Source: a candidate division FCPU426 bacterium (lineage in GTDB: Bacteria; Oederibacteriota; Muellerivitia; Muellerivitales; Muellerivitaceae). From it: a stretch of DNA of 64,000 nt. The position numbers and the translations under genes were made by a program. The stretch is taken from assembly GCA_963796105.1 (NCBI GenBank), contig CAWCKJ010000004.1, forward strand, positions 1,088,001-1,152,000, written 5' to 3'. Under the pieces are notes generated by a model. That model had not been told where the DNA came from. It saw nothing but the letters and a program-made list of their open reading frames with translations, and did no database searches. Shown here one piece after another: positions 10,878 through 21,079 of the stretch; position 1 is the stretch's first letter; every line of letters begins with the position of its first letter.

Positions 10878-11270
10878 TTAGGAAATTTTCACGGAAAGGG
10901 CGGGGGACTGCTTGCCGAATCCCTCGCTCAAGGCTTTTTCCACGTTGGGGAAAAGCCGGACCCATTTGTTGAACTCGAGCATCTCGAAAGTGTCGTGGAT
11001 CTCGGTGGGCATGGCCGCCAGGAAGATATCCCCCCTCATCCGCCGCACATGGGCGTGAAAAACCAGCAGGGCCTTCCAAGCCTGCCCGCTGAAGTATTTC
11101 GCGCGCGAAAGATCCAGGATGATTTTTTTCGAGGTGGTTTTGTTGTAAACGGCCTGCAGGGCCTTGTCGAAATCCGGCATGGTGGGGGCGTAAACAAAGC
11201 CGGTCACCTTCAAGACGCCGACCCCGCCGAATTGCGAATGCTGATCGATCTCATAAGAAAAATTTTCCAC
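10878..11270 (-). CDS. STAS-domain anti-sigma-factor antagonist
   Basis: IILDLSRAKYFSGQA (variant of the DSSG motif), GDIFLAAM...IHDTFEML. Confidence 0.85.
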   Translation of the reverse strand: MENFSYEIDQHSQFGGVGVLKVTGFVYAPTMPDFDKALQAVYNKTTSKKIILDLSRAKYFSGQAWKALLVFHAHVRRMRGDIFLAAMPTEIHDTFEMLEFNKWVRLFPNVEKALSEGFGKQSPALSVKIS

Positions 11271-11588
11271 GAATTCCCCCGATGCCTGAATAGGCGCGTC
11301 AACTTGATTCCAACTATAGCGGCTCGCCTTGCCTGGGACCTAGCCAAAACAACCTAAATTTAGGAAATCGATTAGAATGGAAATGGTAAAAATGGATTAT
11401 TCTTTTCAATAAAACGATGAGTTGAGAAGTCGAATTTTGAAAACAAGGGAATGGGTTTTGGGAATGGCCTGTAAAATCGATTTCAGCCCGACCAAATCCA
11501 TTAAAACAAATGAAAGAAAAAATTTTAAGCGCTTATACATCGTTGACAACGCAATGCGCAAAGAATCCTCAAGTTATTATGAATGCCC

Positions 11589-13697
11589 TTACTTTGGAAT
11601 GGCTAAAGATTCTGATTTTATAGTCAATTCATCCAACTTTTGGAGAAGCTGGGGCGGGGGTTGGTAGATCGAATCCCACTTGGCCGCCTCCAGTAGGGCC
11701 GTTTTCGCCTCATCGTAACGCCCCTGATTCCCCAAAACCTGCCCCAGGTTGTAATTCAAAAGGCCGTTGGCCCCGAAGCCCAAGGCCTTTTGGAAAGCCG
11801 GAAGGGCCAGGTTGTATTGCTTGTCCCAATAGTAATTGTTGGCGAGTTTCCCCCAGTAATAAAACTTGAGGAAAGGATCACCCTGGAAATCCGCTTCACG
11901 GTCCAACAAATAATGGATGGGTTTATCGAGGGGCTGGGTGAAGGGATGGTCCATGAGCAGGAAGTCCAGTTCCCGCAGGTTCCTGTCGGCTTTCGACCAG
12001 CTTTCCAGGGTTTTCCGGCCGGAAGGACTCAGGGTGATGAGGGCCTCAAGGCTGGAATCGCAGGGGGAAGGATCTTTCCATTCGATTAAGGAAGCGCCGG
12101 GGAACAAACGGGTTAAATGGGCCTTGCATCCGTTGTCCGCGATAACAGCGGCCCAGGAAGCCTTATGGGGGTCTAACAAAGGATTGGCCAGGGCGTTGAA
12201 GGAGTAGGTGCCCAAGTTCAAATAAACAGGAAGCCATTCATCCATGGAAAAATCCGAATAAACCAAGCCGGGACCAGAGGTTTGACTGAGTTTTTTAAGG
12301 TTCTCGTAAAGAGCGACCCTCGGATTCGTGTCCGAGAAATCCCGGTTGGCGACGGCCATCGATTTCGCAAGGGTGACTTGATCCAGGATCATCGAAATAA
12401 TAAAAACCGGAAGTATGAAGACAAACTTGGCGGGTCGTTCGGGAAGCCCGTCCAGGATGACTTCAAGCCCCAGGGCCATGGTGGCTATGACGAAGGGAAG
12501 AAGAGGGGCCAGGTGATAGCCATTAATATTATTGGCCAATAGGCAGGGCAAGAATAGGACGGCCGAGCTGACGGCGGTCCAATGCGCCATGGGAATTTTT
12601 CGGAGGCGCCACCATTCCGCGGTCCCCATGAAAAACAGGCTTACCAGAATCGGGTTCAAGAGACCGCCCCACCCGGAGTTGTATAAGAAATACCAGGGCT
12701 GGCCCGTCCAGAAAAGGTTGGTGAAAAGAAATGCGTTTTGCCAGTAGCGCCAATGGTAAGCCTCATCCCCCTTCTGATTGAGGGCGAATAGGATCTTGAT
12801 ATAAGCCCCGAAATTTTCACTCAAGGCCGCGAGCGCCAAGGGAAGAAGAGTGAGAAAGGCCGCGGCCAGGAAGAGAAAAAGGTCCCATTTCCGGCTTGGC
12901 CAGGAACGCCGGATAAACCAGCCGAGGGTGAGCAGGACGCACAGAGCGATCAAGGGCCATGCAAAGTAAGTGTAAAATCCTAAGCCCAGTAAAAAACCCA
13001 GGATGATCGAAAGCGCCGGCTGGCCACGCGAGGGACCGGTCTTTAAGAACTTGGCTAGAATCCAGGAAATCAGGGCCTGGCATAAAACCATCAGAACCGC
13101 GTTATGGGAAAAACGCCCGATGAATACCGGCCAAAAGGTGAGGCCCAAAAGCGCGAGGCATAAAAACGAGAAGGACTTGGAAAAATACAAGCGGAAGGCC
13201 AGGTAATAAAATACCGCGCTGAGAAAGGAAAGAATGGCGGGAACCAGCCAAAGATTCCGGAAAGAGACTCCCCCAAGCTTGAAAACAGAGGCCAACAGCC
13301 AGAGGTAAAGAGCCGGTAATTGGCTGGAGTAATAAAAAAACGGCCAGCCTCCATGGTTATTCAAGTGAATGGCGCTATAGGCGTTCACCATTTCGTCCAG
13401 GATAGGAAAAGTAAGAAAGGAATCCAGCTTGTAAAGGCGGATGCCAAGGGCTACCCCAAAGGTTAAAAAAATCCACCAGGCCGCGGGGGTAAAAATTTCA
13501 CGGGAGAAAACCGGTTGTTCCTGAGAGGAAATCGAAGGCCGGTTTTTAATGTAAGCCCAGCCCAAAAACAACAAGCCCAAGGAGCCCGCCAATAGCTTAA
13601 GGATCCCATCCAGCGGCGAATAGGCCAGGATGGCGTTAAGCGCTGTCAGAAGCGTGAAGAAGACGGCGGGCCTGGATAAAAGGGAGGCCAAGTTCAT
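11589..13697 (-). CDS. ArnT/PMT-like (GT-C) membrane glycosyltransferase with C-terminal TPR
   Basis: Multiple TM helices, IRLYKL...DE acidic motif after an early TM, GLGFYTY, C-terminal TPR (YNLGQVLGNQGRYDEA). Confidence 0.75.
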   Translation of the reverse strand: MNLASLLSRPAVFFTLLTALNAILAYSPLDGILKLLAGSLGLLFLGWAYIKNRPSISSQEQPVFSREIFTPAAWWIFLTFGVALGIRLYKLDSFLTFPILDEMVNAYSAIHLNNHGGWPFFYYSSQLPALYLWLLASVFKLGGVSFRNLWLVPAILSFLSAVFYYLAFRLYFSKSFSFLCLALLGLTFWPVFIGRFSHNAVLMVLCQALISWILAKFLKTGPSRGQPALSIILGFLLGLGFYTYFAWPLIALCVLLTLGWFIRRSWPSRKWDLFLFLAAAFLTLLPLALAALSENFGAYIKILFALNQKGDEAYHWRYWQNAFLFTNLFWTGQPWYFLYNSGWGGLLNPILVSLFFMGTAEWWRLRKIPMAHWTAVSSAVLFLPCLLANNINGYHLAPLLPFVIATMALGLEVILDGLPERPAKFVFILPVFIISMILDQVTLAKSMAVANRDFSDTNPRVALYENLKKLSQTSGPGLVYSDFSMDEWLPVYLNLGTYSFNALANPLLDPHKASWAAVIADNGCKAHLTRLFPGASLIEWKDPSPCDSSLEALITLSPSGRKTLESWSKADRNLRELDFLLMDHPFTQPLDKPIHYLLDREADFQGDPFLKFYYWGKLANNYYWDKQYNLALPAFQKALGFGANGLLNYNLGQVLGNQGRYDEAKTALLEAAKWDSIYQPPPQLLQKLDELTIKSESLAIPK

Positions 13698-13701
13698 CTA
13701 C

Positions 13702-15327
13702 TTACCGGCAAACGAAAAGGGTGGCGGACAAGGGGGGAAGGCTCATGTCGAATTGGTTGTCGGAAAGTTTCCCAATTTTTCCCGGCTTGATCTCCGGGGA
13801 GTGGGAATCAAATCCGTAACAGCTGTAGTCGGAATAGGCTGTTGTCGACTGGACCTTGAATTTGCCGTGGACCTCGTCCTTCTGGTTCTTATTGAGCACT
13901 AAAACCCAAAGGACTCCCGCTGACTTTGGATCAGTGGAGGCGTAAATCGAGGTCTGCGCGACATCTTCCGTGGCGGCCGAAACGGAGGTGCCGCCGAAGG
14001 CTGCTCCTTTCCCGTCGTAATTGCGGTAAATCTTGAAAGCGGCCCGGTTATAGGGTTTCAATTCCCCCCAATAGTTGGCCATGAAGACCAAATTTTTCCC
14101 AAAGATGCCCAGGACGTCCGCCTGGGCCAATCCCCCGGAAACATGGTTGCCTGCCCCGTAATCGTATTCGGTGAAGGAAAGTTTCGTGCCTGGATAACGG
14201 TTCTCGATCTTCTCCTTGATCCAGGGGATCAGGGTGATGGGCCGGCCCTTGGTGGAAGACTGGGTGATCCAGCTCTTCTCCACGTAGCCAGGGTCCCAAA
14301 GACTGCGGGGAGCCTGGAGCCTCGCTTCCACGCTTTCCGCGGAAGTGTCTCCCTCGGTGATTCGCTTTCCCCCCCCTTGGGCCTCGGGATACCAGTGGAG
14401 GTCCAAAACGTGCAGGAGGCGATTATGGTCCCTCTTTTCCAGGTAACGCATCTGGTCCAGGTAGAAATCCAAAAAACTCCCGAACTGCTGGTTGATGTCC
14501 GCCGCGTCGGGGGAATCCTGGAGATTAAGGAAAGCCTGCCAGCCGTAGCACACAGGCCCGAAAATCATGGCGGTGGGGTCCACTTTCAGGATGCCGAGGG
14601 CGGTTAATTCCGTGTTTTTCACCATTTCCCAGTAGCCGGTTTTCTTGGGATGGATGCGCGGGTGGGTGGAAGGCCAGAGGGCAGGCTCATTGTCCAGGTC
14701 GTAGAACCTCACGCCGCCCTCTAAGCCCCTCTTGTAGTTGGAGACCAGGAAATTCACGAACTCATCGTCATAGACGGCCGGAGCGTCCGGGTCCGGCGCC
14801 AGGGAGAAAGCCCTTTCCTTCCGGGGCAGAACCCTTTTCCAGCGCTTGGAGGGGGCGGTTTCCTTTTCGCTGACCTCGCCCTTCTTGTCGGAGGCCACAT
14901 AGCCCGCCATCTGAACCGTCACGAGGGATTCCACGCCGGCCTTCTGGTTGGCCTCCACGAAATGGCGCACGAACGCCCCAGGCTGGTCGCAGTCGGTGTA
15001 ATGGTGGTCGTCGCAAAGCCAGTTGTCGCTCACGTGGCGCCAGTCGTTTCCCGCGTTGGAGGCGTTGGTGACCCAGTTGTACCCGGTCATGCGGTTTCCG
15101 CCCAGGCGCCGCACGGTGGCATGGGTGTCCTGGGGGTCGGTGTCGTTCAAGCCGTAGATAAAGGGACTGATGGGCCCGATGACCTCCTCCGGCATCACCA
15201 GGAAGTTGATGTCCGCGGCCTTGGCCCCCGAAAGGGAAAGTCCCAAGGCGGCGAATAAGAACCATTGGATCATTCTACGATTGGGCAAGGAAGGCTCCTG
15301 GACAGGCTGGGATATGAAAGGACGCAT
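13702..15327 (-). CDS. Secreted glycoside hydrolase family 44 (endoglucanase/xyloglucanase-like)
   Basis: RLGGNRMTGYNW, SNAGNDW, YDLDNEPALW (acid/base), LDLHWYPE, SFTEYDYG (nucleophile) and a signal-like segment. Start placed at the ATG overlapping the upstream TGA. Confidence 0.88.
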   Translation of the reverse strand: MRPFISQPVQEPSLPNRRMIQWFLFAALGLSLSGAKAADINFLVMPEEVIGPISPFIYGLNDTDPQDTHATVRRLGGNRMTGYNWVTNASNAGNDWRHVSDNWLCDDHHYTDCDQPGAFVRHFVEANQKAGVESLVTVQMAGYVASDKKGEVSEKETAPSKRWKRVLPRKERAFSLAPDPDAPAVYDDEFVNFLVSNYKRGLEGGVRFYDLDNEPALWPSTHPRIHPKKTGYWEMVKNTELTALGILKVDPTAMIFGPVCYGWQAFLNLQDSPDAADINQQFGSFLDFYLDQMRYLEKRDHNRLLHVLDLHWYPEAQGGGKRITEGDTSAESVEARLQAPRSLWDPGYVEKSWITQSSTKGRPITLIPWIKEKIENRYPGTKLSFTEYDYGAGNHVSGGLAQADVLGIFGKNLVFMANYWGELKPYNRAAFKIYRNYDGKGAAFGGTSVSAATEDVAQTSIYASTDPKSAGVLWVLVLNKNQKDEVHGKFKVQSTTAYSDYSCYGFDSHSPEIKPGKIGKLSDNQFDMSLPPLSATLFVCR

Positions 15328-16742
15328 CAATAATAGCTTAAGGGAAGCCTTTCTCCCACCCAGTGGTAATTTTTTTCCTGGATGGCCCTCACGATGCGTC
15401 CCCGGTCCCGGTAGAGGGTGTAAACATCCCAGATCCGGACGGCGTAGGCTGCCTGGAAGATGAGCGCCGCTGCAAGGAAAACCTTCGCGAAATTCCTCCA
15501 GAAGGGGATATGGGCGAGGCGGCTCCAGCAGTAGAGCGAGAAAAGAAAGACCATGGGAAAGGTGCCGTCGTAATAAATGTGGGAGAGGGGCCACTTGATG
15601 GTGAACCAGAAGCTCGCCCAAACCATTAGGAAAGTGAACAAGGCCAGCTTACGGACGGCGGGCCAATCCCTCAAGCCGTGTTTCTTGAAAAACCACAGGA
15701 CAAAGAGCGCCATCGGCTGAATGAGCCCCACGACCCAAAGGAAAATACCGGGATAAAGAAGGAAGGGGGAACCCATCAGGAACTCCAACCGGGCATGGGT
15801 GCTATGGCCCGGCTGGAAGGAAGGGGGCCAAGCCCATCCGGCCCAATGGGGGCCGGAAGCCGTTCCCCAGGTGGTGTAACCGGGGGAGCCGGGCGGGTCC
15901 AGGAAGAAGGGCATCTCAAAACAAGCCCCCGAAAGCCAACGGCCGAGGATGGTAAAAAATTGCTTGAAGTTCTCCAGGCAAAAGAAAGTGATGTATCCAC
16001 CCCTCCCGGACGGGATGCCGCCGTATTTCAACAGGGCCGACAGGATCAGCGCGGCCATGGGCAGGCTTCCCAGGATGGTAAAGAGCAAGGCGGTTGGGAG
16101 GGCCGCTGGTTTTTTCCGCCATTGGAGGATAAGGGAAAGAATGAGAAAAGCCGCGAGGTACAACCAGGACATGTTCAACTGGGCCATCCAGAGGAGCCCG
16201 AAGCCCATCAGGGCGCAGCTCAGGCGCAGGGAGAAAATATTCAAGCTGAAGCCGGGAATGGACTCGAAAAAACCGACATAGAACAGGATGCAGCCGAAAA
16301 GGCACCAGGAGCGGGTGATCATGCCGGTGTTCTCATGGAGGGTCCAGGGCAAGAGCACGAGGGAAAAGTAAATAATCCAGGGGGATAGGTTTGGGACCCG
16401 TTTGGAGCAGTACCAGGCGAATAGGGCAATAGCCGCGAGGTTGATCAGGTTCAGGAAAATGAACGGGGATTCCGGGATGGGCCAAACCCGCAGGGGAAGG
16501 CTGACCATCAAGCCCATCAACGCCCCGGGGGTCTGGTTGTAGTGGGTGGTCTCTGCCCCTCCCAGGTCCGGGCCGAAATAGGGCCAGGTGCCGGTGCAGT
16601 AGCTTTTCAATCCCAAGAGGTAGGTTTGAAGCTGGTCCGAGGACCAGAAAGGGAGGGACAGCCCGAATCCCAAGCGGAAGAAGAAGGCGAAGAGAAGCGC
16701 CAGGATTATTTTTTGGTTGTGGGTCAAGATGCCTTCATCCAC
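15327..16742 (-). CDS. Polytopic membrane protein, putative GT-C, tandem paralogue 4
   Basis: Shares DQLQTYLLGLK..TGTWPYFGPDL and C-terminal AIQEKNY..GERL..SYY with three upstream paralogues. Highly hydrophobic. Confidence 0.75.
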   Translation of the reverse strand: MDEGILTHNQKIILALLFAFFFRLGFGLSLPFWSSDQLQTYLLGLKSYCTGTWPYFGPDLGGAETTHYNQTPGALMGLMVSLPLRVWPIPESPFIFLNLINLAAIALFAWYCSKRVPNLSPWIIYFSLVLLPWTLHENTGMITRSWCLFGCILFYVGFFESIPGFSLNIFSLRLSCALMGFGLLWMAQLNMSWLYLAAFLILSLILQWRKKPAALPTALLFTILGSLPMAALILSALLKYGGIPSGRGGYITFFCLENFKQFFTILGRWLSGACFEMPFFLDPPGSPGYTTWGTASGPHWAGWAWPPSFQPGHSTHARLEFLMGSPFLLYPGIFLWVVGLIQPMALFVLWFFKKHGLRDWPAVRKLALFTFLMVWASFWFTIKWPLSHIYYDGTFPMVFLFSLYCWSRLAHIPFWRNFAKVFLAAALIFQAAYAVRIWDVYTLYRDRGRIVRAIQEKNYHWVGERLPLSYY

Positions 16743-16763
16743 CTTTCGCCCTATCTCGCGGGA

Positions 16764-18119
16764 TTAATATTGGCTGCCGGCGCGTCTTTCACCAAGGATC
16801 CTGTAATCTTTTTCCGCGATCGCCTTTTGAACCAGGGGCCGGTTCAGGTAAAGGGACTGGACCCGCGACATTTCCACCAGGTATCCGGCTTGGAACCAGA
16901 GGCTGGCAACGAGGCATAAGACGCCAATTTTACGCCAGGAGTATTTCCGGGCAAGACCGGCCCAGGCATAAAAAGAATAAACAGCCAAAAGGGGCATCAG
17001 GATATAGAAGGAGGTGGCGGAGGTTCCTTTGGCGTTGAACCAGAAGGCGGCCCAGGCGAGGAGAAAACCGAAAAACACCGTACCAACCGCCGGCCTAGCC
17101 TCTGGGTGCCGGTTATCCTTGAGCCAGACGCCCCATCGGGCGGGAATCACCCGGAGTTTTATGTTGGCGCAAAGGTATAGGAGCAAGATCAAGGGTTGCA
17201 GCCAGCCAGCCAGGAGCAGAAAAACCGCGGGAAGGATCAGCCAGGGGGCGTTTTGGAGGAATAGAAGGCGCATATGAGTGTTCGCCCCCAGGTATTTGGG
17301 CATCTCAAAGGAGACGATGGAAAAATAACGGGCCAGGACCGTGAAGAAGGCCAGGAAATTATCCCGGTTAAATCCCACCGCCAGGCTCATTCCGCCCGAT
17401 TCCCGGCTCAGGCCATAATGAACCCAAGTGGGAACGAGAAATGCCAGGGGAAGAGCCGAGCCCAAGAGAAATCCCCCGATTTCCGAAAACCATTTTGAGT
17501 TTCCTTTCCGAAGCCTGAGGAAAAAAGCCAGTGCGATAAAGGGGGGCAGGAGAACCCATGAGAAATGAAACTGCATATCCCAGAAAAGCCCGAAACCCAT
17601 CAAAGCGAACGCGAAAGAAGGGGAGAGCCCCAAGACCGCGAGGCCCGGCGACGCCTCCAAGAAGCCGATGAAGAAGGGGACACTGCCCAACAGGAGGAAC
17701 GAGGTATTGATGGTATTGGCTGAAATATGGAGGTTCCAGGGAAGTAGGCACAGCCAAGTCAGGGTGAAGGCGAAGGGTATCTCCGGGATTCTCTTGGAGA
17801 CATACCAGGCCAGGAAACCCAGGGTGCCCATTGAAAGGAGGTTCAATAAAATGAGGGGGGCCTCAGGAATGGGGCAAAGGTGGAAAGGAAGCCCAATTAT
17901 TAGGCCTTCCAGGGCGCCAGGGATCTGGGACTCGAAATTTTTCTCCAGCCAGAACAAATCCGGGCCGAAATAAGGCCAGCTTCCGGTGGTATAGCATTTC
18001 AACCCGATGAGGTAGGTTTGAAGCTCGTCCACCGAGAAGAAAGGCTGGGAGAGCCCGAAGGCCAGCCGGAACAAGAACAGGAACAAAAACAAAAAAATAA
18101 GTTTTAGCTTGTTGGACAT
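16764..18119 (-). CDS. Polytopic membrane protein, putative GT-C, tandem paralogue 3
   Basis: DELQTYLIGLKCYTTGSWPYFGPDL, QIPGALEG, MQFHFSW, C-terminal LGERRAGSQY. Confidence 0.75.
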   Translation of the reverse strand: MSNKLKLIFLFLFLFLFRLAFGLSQPFFSVDELQTYLIGLKCYTTGSWPYFGPDLFWLEKNFESQIPGALEGLIIGLPFHLCPIPEAPLILLNLLSMGTLGFLAWYVSKRIPEIPFAFTLTWLCLLPWNLHISANTINTSFLLLGSVPFFIGFLEASPGLAVLGLSPSFAFALMGFGLFWDMQFHFSWVLLPPFIALAFFLRLRKGNSKWFSEIGGFLLGSALPLAFLVPTWVHYGLSRESGGMSLAVGFNRDNFLAFFTVLARYFSIVSFEMPKYLGANTHMRLLFLQNAPWLILPAVFLLLAGWLQPLILLLYLCANIKLRVIPARWGVWLKDNRHPEARPAVGTVFFGFLLAWAAFWFNAKGTSATSFYILMPLLAVYSFYAWAGLARKYSWRKIGVLCLVASLWFQAGYLVEMSRVQSLYLNRPLVQKAIAEKDYRILGERRAGSQY

Positions 18120-19466
18120 TTAATACAAGCTCCCGGGACGGCGTTCCCCCAGCAAGTGGTAATTCTTATCCTGAATGGCCCTCACCGCGGTACCCCGGTT
18201 CAAGTAAAGGGACTGCCTGGGGAGGCGGTAAACGATCAATCCCAATTGGAAAAAAAGGCTGATGACCAGGCAAATCCTGCCGAAATTCCTCCAGGAAGCC
18301 TTTTCCGCCAATCGGTCCCAAACGTAAAAGGAGAAAATGGCCAACAGGGGGAAATAGACGAAATAGATATGGGCAACCGGCTCTTTCTGGGTGAACCAGA
18401 AGCTGACGTAAAGAAGAAGGAAAGCCCCCCAGGTCCAATGATAAACCGCTTGGGCACCCCGGGAAGCGGAAGTTCCCGCCTGTTTTTTAATGGCTCCCAT
18501 CAAGGGTTGAATCCATCCGAGGGCCAGGAGAATCAAGGGCTGGATCCAGCCCACACCAACCAGAAAAAGCCCAAAGGGAAATAACCAGGGAGCCTGATGG
18601 ACCAGAAAATCCCAGCGGTCGTGAAAATGATTCCCGATGAATTGGGGTATCTCGTAGCAGGGCAGGGAGAGATAACGGGCCAGGATCGTCCCGAAGTCGA
18701 GGAAATGGTCTTTATTGAAAAGCATGACGGTGCTTCCGCCCGCGAACACCTGGTTCCATCCATAACTCAATAGGGTGGGCAGGACCAGGGCCGCGGGCGG
18801 GATCGAGCCCAGGATGAAAAATAGAACGGCCCTGAAAGTCCCGCCCCATCCCGCCTTTCGGCCGTAGAAAAAAAACGCGGCAGGGACAAGGGGGGGAAGC
18901 AGGATCCAGGAAAAATGAAATTGCATGTCCCAAAAGAGCCCGAAACCAATCAAGGCGAAAGCCCAGGCGGGGTCCAGAAACCCGCCGGAAAGGGCCGGGA
19001 CGGTTTCCATCAGCCCGATGAAAAAAAGAACGCTTCCCATTAGCAGGTAGCTCGGGTTCAGGACCCAGGTGGATTGGTTCAAGGTCCAGGGGAGAAGGGA
19101 GGTCCAAGCGAAAATGAAAAGGAAGGGAATGTTCTTGAGCCGCCTGGAAAGGAAACAACTCAATAGAGCGATTGAGGAAAGGGAGAGCAGGTTCAAGAGG
19201 AGGAAGGGGGCCTCGGGAATGGCCAAGAGGAAAAAGGGCCCCCCCACCAGGAGAGCCTCCAGGGCCCCGGGAATTTGGGCCCGCACCGAGCCGAAAAAAA
19301 CCAGATCCGGGCCGAAAAAGGGCCAACCCCCGCCGCAGTACCACTTCAAACCGATCAGGAAGGTTTGCAGGTGGTCCTGGTCCATGAAGTCGCCGCTCAA
19401 GCCGAATGCCGAGCGGAAAAGGAACAGGAAGAGGAAAAGAAGGATGAATTTCATTCTAGCGGACAA
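18120..19466 (-). CDS. Polytopic membrane protein, putative GT-C, tandem paralogue 2
   Basis: DHLQTFLIGLKWY..GWPFFGPDL, QIPGALEA, MQFHFSW, C-terminal LGERRPGSLY. Start may be ATG 19454. Confidence 0.75.
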   Translation of the reverse strand: MSARMKFILLFLFLFLFRSAFGLSGDFMDQDHLQTFLIGLKWYCGGGWPFFGPDLVFFGSVRAQIPGALEALLVGGPFFLLAIPEAPFLLLNLLSLSSIALLSCFLSRRLKNIPFLFIFAWTSLLPWTLNQSTWVLNPSYLLMGSVLFFIGLMETVPALSGGFLDPAWAFALIGFGLFWDMQFHFSWILLPPLVPAAFFFYGRKAGWGGTFRAVLFFILGSIPPAALVLPTLLSYGWNQVFAGGSTVMLFNKDHFLDFGTILARYLSLPCYEIPQFIGNHFHDRWDFLVHQAPWLFPFGLFLVGVGWIQPLILLALGWIQPLMGAIKKQAGTSASRGAQAVYHWTWGAFLLLYVSFWFTQKEPVAHIYFVYFPLLAIFSFYVWDRLAEKASWRNFGRICLVISLFFQLGLIVYRLPRQSLYLNRGTAVRAIQDKNYHLLGERRPGSLY

Positions 19467-19511
19467 GGGGTTCCTTCCAAAAACAGGATCAGCGGCGGCC
19501 TCATTCGGCTC

Positions 19512-20819
19512 TCAATATAAGCTTCCGGCACGGCGCTCCCCAAGGGGGCGGTAATCCCTCTCTTGGATGGCCCTGAGGATGGGCGCGCGGGAAGGAAGCC
19601 AACATTGCCTGGGAGCCTCCTCCCAGGCCCAAGCGCCCTGGAAAAAAACCGAGGCGATCAGGACCAGGGCGACGCTGATACCCCAAAACCTCCATTTCCC
19701 AAAGGCGGACCAAACATAACAGGAATAAACCATGACCAAGGGGAAAAAAACAAAATAAATGTGGGTCATGGGCTCCTTGGTGGTGTACCAGAAACTCGCG
19801 TAAACCATCGCGAAAACCCCCAGCAGGAGAAGTTTCAGCTCCCTCCAGCCGGGGTTCACGCTTTTCCTCTTAAACCAGGCGAGGAACAGGATAACGGCCT
19901 GAAGGATGCCCAGCACCCACAAGAAAGCCCCGGGAAGGGCCAGATAGGGATGGCCTGTCAAAAACGAGAGGCGCTCCTGGGTTCCCCCGCCGATCCACCT
20001 GGGTACTTCGAAACAAGGGAGGGAAAGGAAACGCCCCAACAGGATATGCGGCTTCATGAAATTCACCTTGTTGAATGAAATGAGAAACCCGGACACGGTC
20101 CCAGATGATTCGAAACCATATTTCAAAAGGGTGGGAACCATGAATATAAAAGGGGGCAGGCCTCCCAGGATGAAAAAGAGAAGGGGCTTGAGATCCATTT
20201 GTTGTCTTAACTGGATGAGCCAGGAAAAAACCACCAGGGGCGCGAAATAGACCCAGGAAAAATGAAACTGCATGATCCAGAAGACCGCGAAACCCATAAA
20301 AAAGTTGGCCCAGGGTAATGAGACCCGGCCTGTGGAAATTCCAGGCATGGTTTCCAGGAATCCGATCGTGAAAATCACGGACGGAAGAAAAATATAGGAG
20401 GGATTGAGGACGCGGGTGGCTTCCTGGATGGACCAGGGCACCACCGCGATCCAAACGCAAAGCCAGGGGAAGGAGAGGGAAGGGATCCTTTTGCGGATAT
20501 ACCAGGCCAGAAGGAAAACCGCCAGGGTGGACATCAAATTAACGAGGACATAGGGGGACTCGGGAAAGGGGGCCAGCCGAAGAGGCAGGGCGATCAGGAG
20601 TCCTTCCAGGGCGCCGGGAATCTGGCTGTGGAAGCCGGGATTCTCGTTGCCCGCCAGGTCCGGACCGAAATAAGGCCAGGTCCCGGTCGTCAGGCACTTC
20701 AACCCGATCAGGTAGGTTTGGATCTCATCAATGGAGTCCCACCGGGAATTGAGCAGGCCGAACATGAGCCTGAAGAGGAAAATGGCCAAAAAAAGAAATA
20801 GAAGCCCGCGTTTACTCAT
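19512..20819 (-). CDS. Polytopic membrane protein, putative GT-C, tandem paralogue 1
   Basis: DEIQTYLIGLKCLTTGTWPYFGPDL, QIPGALEG, MQFHFSW, C-terminal LGERRAGSLY. GGGAGG RBS upstream. Confidence 0.75.
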   Translation of the reverse strand: MSKRGLLFLFLAIFLFRLMFGLLNSRWDSIDEIQTYLIGLKCLTTGTWPYFGPDLAGNENPGFHSQIPGALEGLLIALPLRLAPFPESPYVLVNLMSTLAVFLLAWYIRKRIPSLSFPWLCVWIAVVPWSIQEATRVLNPSYIFLPSVIFTIGFLETMPGISTGRVSLPWANFFMGFAVFWIMQFHFSWVYFAPLVVFSWLIQLRQQMDLKPLLFFILGGLPPFIFMVPTLLKYGFESSGTVSGFLISFNKVNFMKPHILLGRFLSLPCFEVPRWIGGGTQERLSFLTGHPYLALPGAFLWVLGILQAVILFLAWFKRKSVNPGWRELKLLLLGVFAMVYASFWYTTKEPMTHIYFVFFPLVMVYSCYVWSAFGKWRFWGISVALVLIASVFFQGAWAWEEAPRQCWLPSRAPILRAIQERDYRPLGERRAGSLY

Positions 20820-21079
20820 GCAGGGGAAAACCTCCCGTGACTTGATGAACCCAAGCCATTTTATGGCCTTTACCGGTTAAAAACCCCTTTGAATTTTGTT
20901 GTATCGCTGTCCTTCCTGAGGGGCTATTTAATTCCGTTCACCCCGGTTTTCCAGGGTTTTTAAGGGAAACCGCGTACGAACCAGCCGTGTTTTGACCAGC
21001 GAGTAATAATTATGGAAAAAATTCTTTCCAAGAAACTTATTTGCGTAAGATGGACGACCTAGCGATAAAATATAAAAAT

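Noticed and set aside
15328..15621. 98-aa N-terminal extension of GH44 in the ORF track
   Set aside because: It overlaps the upstream paralogue's conserved C-terminus. The TGATG-coupled start at 15327 (or a slightly later ATG) is more plausible.
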